Shown: one piece after another, positions 1 through 10,589 of the stretch | Position numbering within the stretch: the stretch's first letter is position 1 | Layout: each line of letters opens with the position of its first letter | Assembly: GCF_021028975.2 (NCBI RefSeq) | Contig: NC_059433.1 | Span: forward strand, 93,806,001-93,870,000 | Length of the DNA: 64,000 bases | DNA from: Sphaerodactylus townsendi | Taxonomy: Eukaryota | Direction of reading: 5' to 3' | Program-made: the position numbers and the translations under genes | Notes under the pieces: generated by a model | The model's database searches: none | The model's input: only the letters and a program-made list of their open reading frames with translations | What the model was told of the DNA's origin: nothing

Positions 1-949
1 GTGAGTTTTATACATAAAGTATTATCTCTGTATTTTATAATAGCAACAAAATGCTTAGCAGTAAATTCCAGAATGCATGAGATTATTTAAGGCAATGCAC
101 TTTAAAAATATTACTGGATTTTAAAAAATGCTTTATTTTTATTCATTTATTTTTATTTCTACTATGCCAATGCAACAGTCACACCTGACTCCTGGCCTTC
201 AGGTTATTTGCAAATCTGACTATAATAGTTTAGCACTGACAGAGGCATCATAGCTGTATGTGTAAGTAATGTGATCTGTAGCCACATGCCTCACAACATT
301 AATTAACAATGATCTCATGTTCCTTTTAGTCTTTAAAGTGATCTAATTCTAGAAACTTTAAAGAAGAATCCAGCATGTAGTTCTTTTGCAGCAATAATTT
401 AGCAAAGCAAAACTTGTCAGATTCCTAGTGGGTCTAAGGTTCACAATATTATACAAGCAGGATGCAGCACAACAGAGAAAGTCAATGAAAATCTATACTG
501 AACAAATAATGGGAGTTTTCAGTTGGGGATTGTGGGCGGAAAACATAGGTAAGAGACTTTCTTGGAACAGAAAATAATTTTATGTAATATTGTGATTATA
601 CGTTAGGAACATTGGGGGTATCTGCAGGGGGAAAGCCCTGGCCAAAAAGACTTCCAAGTTTACATACATGGATTGAAAAATCCACAGGCACACTTATCAC
701 ATATGATAAACTCAGATTTACTTGATTTTCTACATTCTTTTACAAGCGGGTCAGTTCCTTCTCAACTTCAGGTACTACAGAGTGGCAAAGGAATGTCCTA
801 CAAGTGGACAACTGGGGTGAACTCTGGCGAGTGAGACGTTCTACCCATGATCATCAGCACATGATTTCCATCTAGGATTACGTATTGTGGCATCGTCGGC
901 AGGTCTGAGGCTGAATTTCCCAGTCCCGCACCTGTCAATCCGAACTCAC

Positions 950-1154
950 CCCGTTTGTCTCTGGTGCCGTGTTTCTTGGCCACCGCCAGCTCCTTTGCGA
1001 TCCTGGCTTCCAGGTATTCCTGTTTCTTGGTCAGCATCTCCTCCGTCTCCCGCAGGCGGGCTAAGGCCTCCTGAGGAGTGGGGCCCCCCTTGCCTTTGCC
1101 CTTGGAGTAGCCGGACCCTCCTCCGCCCTTGAAAAACTTGGGGATCTTACTCAT
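950..1154 (-). CDS. CHMP4C: CHMP4C (ESCRT-III Snf7 family) coding exon 1; the rest of the gene lies left of the window
   Basis: ATG at 1154; MSKIPKFFKG...PTPQEALARLRETEEMLTKKQEYLEARIAKELAVAKKHGTRDKR; phase-1 donor G|GTGAG at 949; head-to-head with ZFAND1 as in the known synteny. Confidence 0.93.
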
Positions 1155-2607
1155 TGTGTCGAGAATTCAGTCTCCCGGCAAAGACAGCCCGCGCTACTGC
1201 CGATCAGAAAAACAATCCGACCGGCGAGGCCCCAAACTTTTTCCCAAGACTCAACAGAAACCGAGATGTGGCGCTGGCTGCATTTCCTTACTCTGTCCGG
1301 CCGCCGCAGTTGAGAACTCCGGGAGGGAAGGAAGCTGTTGCTCCTAAGGCGGATGGCAGAGCCACGTGACCGACACACACCTGCCACAGGTGTTCTTACC
1401 TGCGGAATGTGCCCTGCCTCCGCCGGTCACAGTTGCTTCGGGAGCGCACTCTGCACATGCCCAGAGGCATTATCTTTTGCTCAGTTTCTCTTCTGTGATT
1501 CAGACGGCACTCAGTGGAGTAAAGTCAAAACTAAAAGGAAGAATAATGACATTTATTCACGGGCAATTCTCGTATAGAGTTAAACACTGGAAGAGCGAGG
1601 CCTTACAATTGCCTGGAAATTACAGCCTCTGCCTGGAACAGCCTTTCGGTTTCCGATCTCCAGGTGAAACGAGAAAAGCTCTTGCAATTGTAGCTGGTCC
1701 CGAGATGGCAGAAATCGTGTTTTGGATGGTGGAGCCGATGACATTGTACCCTGCTGGGGCACCTCCCTTACCCAAGCCCTGCCCCATCCCCCAAGTTCCA
1801 CCAGCACCTCCGGGGATTTGCAACCCCGGAGTTGGTAAACATTGACCCCTTTCTCTGCCTTATAAACCCCATAATTGTTGGAAAACCGGGAGGGGGGGCA
1901 CACAAAATATAAGAAGCCGAGCCCCTTCCACCTCCTAAGATGAAGACAGTTGTTTCTAAATTGCACGTTGGTGCACACCCAAAGGTCTGGGTTTTCCTGC
2001 AGGTCCACCTGCTCCACGGCGATGAAGGAAAGCTGGGATTTGGAGTTTTGCTTTGAGGAGGAAAGAAGTAGAGATCGCCTGACCTGGACAGCACTAAGGG
2101 CTTTTACCAAAGGATGTGATGTTTCTGGAATGGGGAGTTTGCAGATGTAAATAGTGTATTTGAACAAATTCCTTCCTAGAGCTGTCTCTGGTGAGTTCAT
2201 TCATAGCAGTGATGGGATTCGAACCGGGAACTTGGCTCACCATAGCACGGTTTGGTCTTGCTGGTGAGAGTATGACTTTGCCCGCATGCTTTATCTCACA
2301 TAATGCCTTTTTAAGGGTTGCAGTCCTGAGCACGTTTACCTAGAAGAGATACATACTAACTCAATCCGGATAAAAACGCACAAGACCGGGCACTTCATGC
2401 GAAAGGAAAGCTGCGCATGCTCAACCAGCTAAATTGGAGACCACTCCACGATTTTCGCAAATTCTAAACGCCCAAGCCCCGCCTCTTTGGGTGACGCCAC
2501 GGTGCAGCCCGTAAGACAAACCACTGAGGATGCGGTCTTCCAGTGTCCCGGCATACCCAAACAGGAAGAGTCTGAGATGGTGGCGTGCGCGTGCGCGTTA
2601 TGTCAAT
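1155..2607. promoter_or_regulatory. Divergent CHMP4C/ZFAND1 promoter region with two CpG-rich patches
   Basis: CpG-rich at about 1000-1450 and 2360-2900; NRF1-like TGCGCATGC at 2412, GC box near 2477, CACGTG E-box at 1363, YY1-like AATATGGCGG overlapping the ZFAND1 ATG. Confidence 0.7.
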
Positions 2608-2662
2608 ATGGCGGAATTGGAGATTGGGCAGCACTGTGGGGTAGAGCACTGTCAGCAGTTAG
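2608..2662 (+). CDS. ZFAND1: ZFAND1 exon 1
   Basis: MAELEIGQHCGVEHCQQL(D); donor gtaag at 2663. Confidence 0.95.
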
Positions 2663-5600
2663 GTAAGAAGGTTGCGGGGGACACAGACTGCAGACCCTCT
2701 TCGAAGCGACGAGGAGGGTCAGTGACCAATATTAAGTAGAAACGGAAGGTCCCGATGCTTGACAAATCTTGTGTCTCGCGACAGTTCCCAAGTGGTTAAT
2801 ACTTCCGTTTCTCTTTTGAATGCAGGGTTCTCAGTGCGAAGGCGGTGTTCTGCTTTGAGGCTTTTACCCCGCATGTGGTTTGGCTTGCCAATGGGAACCG
2901 GAAACGAGCGTTTTAAAAACTCTTTGGTCTTCTCAGTGACTGATTTCTAAACAAGAGGAGGCGATGTGCAATTAAAGGGCGAAGCTCGTAAGGAGGGGGG
3001 AGCAGGGTGGGGAGTTGGTTTTAAATCCATGGATGGATTCCTATTACTGCTGCAGAAATAGGTTCTTTGTTTTTAACTGTGGTTGTTGTTGTTTTTTTAA
3101 GTTGACTTTGACAAATATAGGTGCTTTTGGTGTTGCCGTTATTGCAATGTTAAATCTTACTCGCTGGTTAAAGAATGGAACATGTGCTCATGGAAAGTAA
3201 ACCCCCCCCCCTTTTTTTTTCATACAGTCTGTTGGGCGCTTTGAAAGCTTGCTCGAAGGTAGACCCTCTGGAACAGCATGAGGTCTGCCTTGGGAGGCGA
3301 AGTGGCAGAAATCTTGCAAGGGTGATAAGATGGTATTGGGGATCAGAGATTGAGAGCCCATTACAGTTAGGGTGTGTTGTCATAAATATATGAAAATATT
3401 TATACCCCATCTTTCTGAGAGCTCAAGATTTAGATTTAAAACATACTGAATGCAGTAATACTCCACATAAGTCCCTCCCCACATCTATAACAATAATTTT
3501 CATCAGCACTCCTTTGCATATGCTGTGCAAACTTGGACCATCCTGCTGATCCTCAGCATGTTTTCTTGTAAACTCTACTGAACCACTTTTGAACAATGCT
3601 ATATGCACATTTGCTACATAGTAGGTCCTACTATGTAGTAAATGTGCATATAGCATTGTTCAAAAGTCATGATACTGGGTGAAAATCAGCGCCTCTCAGA
3701 GTGAGAGTATCACCCTGTGAGCAGGGGTCTTGGATCAGATATTAAACACAATGCTGGGATCCCTTCACTGATGGTCCAGGGGCGTTATGCTTCCTACTTT
3801 ATTTTATTAAAGATGGCCTCTACCAAAGTTAGCAATAGTAAACTGGAGTGGGTTTTCTGATCTGGTATCCCAAAGAGGAAACTCTACAGCAGTCTCACAA
3901 CACTTCAAAGAGAGACCATGCTTGGGGAAAAGACAAATGCGATCTCAATCCCCTACGCTCCCATCCTGAAGTAATGACAGTCTTAGCTAATTACGCTCAT
4001 CTTTCTGCAAACAATAACAGGATCTGCCTTATCTTACATCAAGGGCTTCAGATCTTAAATCTTGTCCAGAATTAAGACCCAAAACATTTGCACCATCTTA
4101 CTAAGTTTTTTATTCCAGTAGACCATAAACTTTGGCAAAGGAGTGACTAATACCCCTAACTCTCCCTCCTCCTTGCTGTCTTACTGATCAACCAGTCAGG
4201 TTTGAATCTTGGCACTGATACCCAGTCTGCTTTGATAAGCATCTTACTTTTCCTTCTGTCTGTTCAATTTAGGGGAATGTTTGTTCCGACTATTGAGTCC
4301 TCAACTCTGCAATGGGCTTCCACTACTGTTTATAAATTCACAACTGACAAAAGGACAGTTGGGGATCTTATTTTAATTTTTTGTTTTTTGAACATGCTGG
4401 TTGTTTTCCTTCCTCAACACTGATGTTCCATCAAGACTGGGAAATATCACCCTTCTCTAAACTCTATCCAAGCTCCCTCTCATTTCCTTCAGTTAGCTCT
4501 TATATGTTCTGCACTTATTTTACTGGTAATACTTTTATTTTATTTTTAATTTCTCAATACAGTAACAGTTTAATTAATTAACTGTTCAGTTTTTAACAAC
4601 TGCTGGTTCATTTGAGAGCATTGGGATGACTGGTATACATTGGTTGTTTGATCTCAACTACCCTTTCTGGCCCTGCCTCTCTCCAAGTGATTCTGCAGCT
4701 TAAGAGGCTGAAAGTTTTTCTTGCAACTAATGCTACTGAATAAATTTGTATACAAAGATCAAAAAACCATTTGGCAAATCAAATTCTTAAGAGCTGGCAA
4801 CACAGGTTGATTATCTTGATTAATGGTTTGTAGAATTAGTAAAAAAAACGCATGGGAAATTCTATGTATTAAGACTACAATCCAGTACAAAATTAGGTCT
4901 CCACATTGGATCATGGCCTAAAGCTACTTCATGTGAAGAGCAACACTTACAAATCAGAAATTGATTTGTAATGGAGATCAGTTTCCACCCAGAATTTGGT
5001 AGTTGTGTGATGTGGATGTTTGAAATATATGTATCAGTGTATATTTAACTGTTTGTCAAAACAACTAATCCCCTCTCCTTTTTTCATTTCAGATTTTCTT
5101 CCTTTTGTGTGTGATAGCTGCTCCCAAGTTTTCTGGTATGAAGTAATTAAATACTATTATTTATGAAATGTGATCACTTTTCTTGAAGCTTAATAGTAAT
5201 ACAGATTAAAACATTGTTACAGCCTTGAGGAATTTAAAATCAGTGGGCACAGATGTGAGGTAGCTAAGGTAACGGTAGAAAGGTAAAGTATTGGTCTATG
5301 GCAGGGGTCTTCAAACTATGGCCCTCCAGATGTTCATGGATTACAATTCCCATCAGCCCCTGCCAGCATGGCCAAGTGGTAGGACTCATGGGAATTGTAG
5401 TCTATGAACATCTGGAGGGCCATAGTTTGAAGACCCCTGGTCTGTGGAAACAAAGCTTCAGCAGGCTTGGTGATCCCAGATCAGAGAGTCACACTAGGGT
5501 CTGGAAGACTTAGTTTCAAATCCTCATTCTTTAGTGAAGCTGAAGGTGGCTTTGGATAAGCCTGGCATTGTACTGTTTTTGTGAGGGCAAAATTTGTAAA

Positions 5601-8600
5601 AAACAGCAACTGCTCTGATATTATTGAAGGAAGAGCAGGATAAAAATGTTCAAGGTAGTTATGTTTCACGTTCTTTCATGTTATATATCTTAACTGTTAT
5701 GTAACTCTTAAGTCTTCAGCATAGAAGCCGGTCTGCTCACGGTTGTTCTGAGGTAAGTGAGCTATTCTTAACTGTATCGTAGCGTGCAACATCTCTGTAG
5801 CTCTTGGGGAGTTCAGTTCCAGTTACTCCATATGGAGTAGTTATGTAATACATTACAAGCTGTACTTGAAAGCACACCAGCTTATCTCTTTGTGAGAGAT
5901 CTCATGTGTAGTCTTGCCCATGTATTGGGATCTTATGGAGAAAACGCAACATTTATAGGTTTTTGGGGGGAAGCCTGAAATTTCAGTCACGATAGCGGCC
6001 CAGAAAATTGTGCCTATTGATGGGGAAACTGTGTAGCCTTGTGGTTAACTAGTTCACACTGAGCTTTCTTCACATAATCTTGTACCCTGGGATAAAAGCG
6101 TGCATTTTAAAAGGAGCCGGTTGGCATGTGTGAGCCTGACTTGCAATATTGACATATGGGGCTTTGCTGTAATTCTAATTTAATTGTCCCACTCTGGTTT
6201 CTGTTGCTTTATATTGGTTCATTTAGTTAGAACTTTAAACTTCGTTTCTTAAGGATTCTGGTTTTACAGCTATTCTTTCCTTTGCCCATTCATTGCCATT
6301 CTACCTGAAACTATAAAAATGTATTATGGCTTCAGTACTTTAGACTGCTTATTTACTGATTTAGTTTTGCTAACTTCACTTTTTGAGGATGTATTAATTT
6401 ACCTATCTCATATGGGTAAAGTCACACATGGGAAGAATTGTTAAGGGCATTTTTATTCAGAAATGGCTATAAATTGGATGTGTGTATCATTGAAGAAAAT
6501 GCCAGGATTAAGCCACCAATTCAGAAATTGTGTAGATTTCAGTACAATTGCAGTGTGTATTTGTAAATAAGTCATTTCTGCACAACATATTCTTATATGG
6601 TGTTTTTGGTTTAGGTAAATTTGAAAAATGAGAACATGAAACCAGATCATCATAAATCTTTCTTGTGCACATACAAAGGTTGTGATGGGAAAGAACTTGT
6701 ACCTGTACTGTGCTCGTTTTGTGAAAAGCACTTTTGCTTAAGGTGAGCAAAAGAATTAACCTTATCCCTTCAATATTCTGTCCATACATTAAGCTGCTGA
6801 TTGGCCAGTGAACTTTCCCTCACCTACTGTTGTTCACAGGCACCGTCATCAGTTGGACCATGAATGTGAGAAACTGGAAATCCCTAAACCTCGCATGGCT
6901 GTCACCCAACAACTTGTTAAAAATATTGTTGGTAAGTATAGTAGAGGGGTTTTTTTTAAGTACTATTTTTCTGCAGAATCCTGTTTGGGGCTAAGCAGTG
7001 GAACAGAATACTAATCCAAAGATGGGGTACTGTATGGTTTCCGGGCTGTATGGCCGTGTTCTAGCAGCATTCTCTCCTCACGTTTCGCCTGCATCTGTGG
7101 CTGGCATCTTCAGAGGATCTGATGGTAGGAGACGCCAGCCACAGATGCAGGCGAAACGTCAGGAGAGAATGCTGCTAGAACACGGCCATACAGCCAGGAA
7201 ACCATACAGCAGCCCAGTGATTCCGGCCGTGAAAGCCTTCAACAATACTAATCCAAAGATGTTAATAGGAAATATTTAGATTCAAGTCCATTGGCACCTT
7301 AGTGACCAATAGGAGTTTCAGGGTATAAGCTTTTGAGAAACTCTTGTTGGTCTCTAAGGTGCCAATGGACTCAAATTATATTTTCCCGGTGACAAAATAT
7401 TACAATTTTAATGCTATAAAAATACAGAGATATCTATATCTCTGGGTAGCAATTGTTCATTTATAGCATTAAGAAATTATGGTCTTGAAAAGTCCCTTAG
7501 AATCAAATTTGTCCTTCTCCTGTATCTTGGCTGTCCCAGACATCTATTATTTTAGATTAAATGCTGTGCAGTTTTTTCTTGAGCATATAGAATAACAGCA
7601 GGCACACAGTGGTCTGACACCAAATAAAAGGTTCCATTCTGTGTATGATAGTGAATGGAGGCTGAATGTTCTCCCAATATAGTATTTACTGTGCATTTTG
7701 AAAAATTACACTCATGTATCCTTCTCTGTATAGCAACGCAAGAGAGAAATGTGATTCTTGTTAAAATTGGTACATACCATCCTCCTTAGATTCCAAGAAA
7801 GAAACCAAAGTGACAAAAAGATGCAAAGGAGCCAAGAACACTGAAACAGCAGCAAAAGTGGCGTTAATTAAACTAAAAATGCATGCATGTGGAGATAAAT
7901 CCTTGCCACTGGTAAGTCATGATTGCATAATTCCAACCACATGTGTGATTTTTCCTCTGCCATATTTAATTCAACGGAGGGGTTTGCATGATTACTGTAC
8001 ATGGAATTAGAGCCTTAATCATTGTGGTCATTCTTTCCTGAATCCTAATACAGTCCTAATTCCCTTCTTTATTGCTGATCAGTAGAATTGTTGTTTTCCA
8101 TTAGCATTTTTAAAAAGCATCATTATATATAGGTTTCCTCTTTTGCAATTTAAATATATTACTTTTCTATCCTTTGTTGTGAAGAGGACTTAGCAGGCAA
8201 GCAGAATTCACATGCCTTCAAGTAGGAAGTCTATCTTTACTAATGACCACATCTGAAGGACCTTCTCATATTTTTACTGTGCATCAACTAGCTAAATGAG
8301 TTTTTTTTCCTTTCTGAACCTCACTGAAAAAAATGACAAAGTGCTTTTGCGTAGAGATTGAAATGCAGCATATCAATTTTTATTTAAAAAGCTACCTTGA
8401 ACCATAAGGAAGGATGGGGCGTAAATGTTTTTAATTTAAAAGGAATTTTTAAAAAATCGTTACTTCAGATCACTGAAGTTGTCTTGGACTTCAGGCTTCA
8501 TCATAACACTCATCACTTTACAAGCGAATGGACGAATGAGCCTGGCAGGGATGCGGATGGGTCACTGAATGTCTTTAAGATGCACTTGAAGCTGCCTTAT

Positions 8601-10195
8601 GCTGAATCAGATCCTTGGTCTGTCAAGGGCCCCTTCTGCATGGGCCAATAAACCCAGGGTAACAACGGGATAAAACCCATTTTGGGGGGAACCTGGCACC
8701 TCCCCCAGTGGGTTATTTGAGAATCACGCTATCTGTGATTCTTTGGTTGTAATGCAGATTGCAGCCACTTGCAAGCGAACAGCTGCCCCGAGAAGTGTGT
8801 TACTTGGCTGTGCTTCCCTTTTTTCCCCCAGTCCCCGCCTCTCTGCTGTGAAACTATGCAGGGGTGGTGATGTGGCTGTGAAGGTCCATGCCTGCCTGGC
8901 CCCGTAGCTGAGTAGCAGGGAAAGGTGATTGGGAAAAAAATGTACCTCCGTGCTACGGTACTACAGCAACCTGCATTATCTCTGCGGGCTGTGTTCACTG
9001 CCTGCAACCCGCTGTACTTTGCCTGTGCAGAAGGGGCCAAGGTCAGCCGTCTTCAGATGGAGGTCTTTCACATCACCTACTGCCTGATCCTTTTGTATAG
9101 AGAAGCCAAGGATTGAGATCTTTTGCATGCCAGGCAGATACTGTACCACTGAACCACAGCCCTCCTGACTACCTCTCTGCCTTATTTCCTGCCTTACTTA
9201 GGAAGAAGGTTGAATATAATATAAAATTGCTTATTGGGACACTTTGCTGGACGGTTGTTTCTCTTCAACTGAATTAATGTTAAAATTGTAGGGCTTTTCA
9301 GAAGGTGTTTTTAAAAGCAGCTTGAAACTGGAGCTGAAATGAAAGAAAACCGTGGGTTGGGTCCCAAGATCTGTTTCAGTAGCAGAGGCATTTTTTAAGC
9401 CTTTTGTATTAGCAAAAGGCTCCTTCAACCAGAGGGAAACCCCTTTGCTAGCTGCACCCAGCACAGAGTTGCTGTAAGAAGGACAAAGGTGAGGAAGAGG
9501 AAGGAAAAGGACTCGTTAAGGAAATATCTGACATAAGACCATTGACAATGAAAGACCACTGAAGCAGTGTTAAAACCATACCAATCTCCAGATTTTAATT
9601 TTTAAAAAACATTCGTAACGAGACTTCATTCCTCACTATTTCAGAACAGAATGTCTGCAAGGTGAAAAATTGTATCAGTGTAAAAGAAACAGCTCTTCTG
9701 TCATTCCTGTGGGACTAGAAATGTGTATTGTAATACAACATATTGTATTTTAATACAACATACTGGCTTCTTCTCTTGTAGACTGAGAGAATCTATTTCC
9801 AAGTATTTTTACCCAAAGGAAACAAGGAGAAAAGCAAGCCCATGTTCTTTTGCTGTAAATGGAGCATTGGCAAAGTGATTGACTCAGCAGCTTCCTTGGC
9901 AAATCTTAAAAATGATAACAATAAAACCACAGCCAAGGTAACTCAACTGAATCATATTCCTGTATTCTGTATCTTCATTTGATTTATAATGCAGTAATGC
10001 CAGGATTTCTTTTTAAATTTTCAGAAATTAAGACTTTGCCACACAGCATCTGGAGAAGCCTTACCTTTGGACCATACCTTGGCATCTTGGATTAGCAACA
10101 AAGAATGTCCACTCTATAATGGGGGAAATGTTATCTTGGAATATCTTGATAATGAAATTCAGTTTTTAGAAGATGCAAATTTGTATCTAGAATAA
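2608..10195 (+). CDS. ZFAND1: ZFAND1, AN1-type zinc finger protein 1, 268 aa; join(2608..2662,5093..5135,5713..5752,6615..6742,6840..6931,7790..7911,9782..9937,10025..10195)
   Basis: 807 nt in frame across 8 GT-AG exons; two AN1 fingers (MAELEIGQHCGVEHCQQLDFLPFVCDSCSQVFCLQHRSRSAHGC; CTYKGC...CSFCEKHFCLRHRHQLDHEC); C-terminal Ub-like region; TAA at 10193. Confidence 0.96.
5093..5135 (+). CDS. ZFAND1: ZFAND1 exon 2
   Basis: polypyrimidine-cag acceptor; DFLPFVCDSCSQVF(C); donor gtatg. Confidence 0.95.
5302..5439. mobile_element. Palindromic hAT-type MITE (138 bp), relative of the 148-bp family
   Basis: CAGGGGTCTTCAAAC...GTTTGAAGACCCCTG; 8-bp TSD gtctatgg/gtctgtgg. Confidence 0.85.
5713..5752 (+). 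CDS. ZFAND1: ZFAND1 exon 3
   Basis: (C)LQHRSRSAHGCSE; aag acceptor; donor gtaag. Confidence 0.9.
6615..6742 (+). CDS. ZFAND1: ZFAND1 exon 4
   Basis: VNLKNENMKPDHHKSFLCTYKGCDGKELVPVLCSFCEKHFCL(R); tag acceptor, gtgag donor. Confidence 0.95.
6840..6931 (+). CDS. ZFAND1: ZFAND1 exon 5
   Basis: HRHQLDHECEKLEIPKPRMAVTQQLVKNIV; cag acceptor, gtaag donor. Confidence 0.95.
7025..7248. mobile_element. Penelope-like element, inverted terminal (pLTR) fragment with hammerhead-like motif
   Basis: Two inverted arms homologous to the pLTR at 56330-56712; 18-bp flanking direct repeat aatactaatccaaagatg at 7007 and 7244. Confidence 0.8.
7280..7376. repeat. Short inverted repeat from a second reptile Penelope (Neptune-like) terminal sequence
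   Basis: agtccattggcaccttag...ctaaggtgccaatggact arms; related pieces near 14850, 35350, 55275 and 57590. Confidence 0.5.
7790..7911 (+). CDS. ZFAND1: ZFAND1 exon 6
   Basis: DSKKETKVTKRCKGAKNTETAAKVALIKLKMHACGDKSLPL; tag acceptor, gtaag donor. Confidence 0.95.
8628..9038. mobile_element. Non-autonomous PIF/Harbinger-type DNA element, 411 bp
   Basis: TIR GGCCCCTTCTGCA/TGCAGAAGGGGCC; 3-bp TSD AAG; interrupts an older repeat. Confidence 0.75.
9782..9937 (+). CDS. ZFAND1: ZFAND1 exon 7
   Basis: TERIYFQVFLPKGNKEKSKPMFFCCKWSIGKVIDSAASLANLKNDNNKTTAK; tag acceptor, gtaac donor. Confidence 0.95.
10025..10195 (+). CDS. ZFAND1: ZFAND1 exon 8 (last coding)
   Basis: KLRLCHTASGEALPLDHTLASWISNKECPLYNGGNVILEYLDNEIQFLEDANLYLE*. 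Confidence 0.95.
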   Translation, partial: KLRLCHTASGEALPLDHTLASWISNKECPLYNGGNVILEYLDNEIQFLEDANLYLE

Positions 10196-10589
10196 TTGCA
10201 GGGTACATAATAATCAGATTCAATATAAAGCAAAATTCTTGGTCTGTTTAAAGCTGTATGCTATAAGGAACAGGGGGTTCATTCACAGGATTCAGTTTTA
10301 GAAACAGACATATTAAAACATAGCTTACACTATTACACAGTAGGGCAAGAGAGTGATTCGCTTGCATATGTTTATCCCCTGTTGAAAAGTATTGAGTTAA
10401 CAACATCAGATGCTCTAAAAATTCTGCCTATGATAATTTATTTGCACTGCGGATTGATACACACAAATCATTACAAAAGCAGTAGCTATTTTTTGATAAC
10501 CAACCGAAAAAGAAAACCTTACAGGAATTCCCATCGACACTATAGAGAAGCTGCTGTTCAGAGAAACTTCCAGAATGGTGGAGATTGTG

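Noticed and set aside
1366-2200. 159-aa and 206-aa ORFs between CHMP4C and ZFAND1
   Set aside because: No homology recognised, and they lie in promoter sequence
9724-9763. 20-bp tandem duplication before ZFAND1 exon 7 (a similar 18-bp one lies near 23835)
   Set aside because: Ordinary slippage duplications; the acceptor sites are intact
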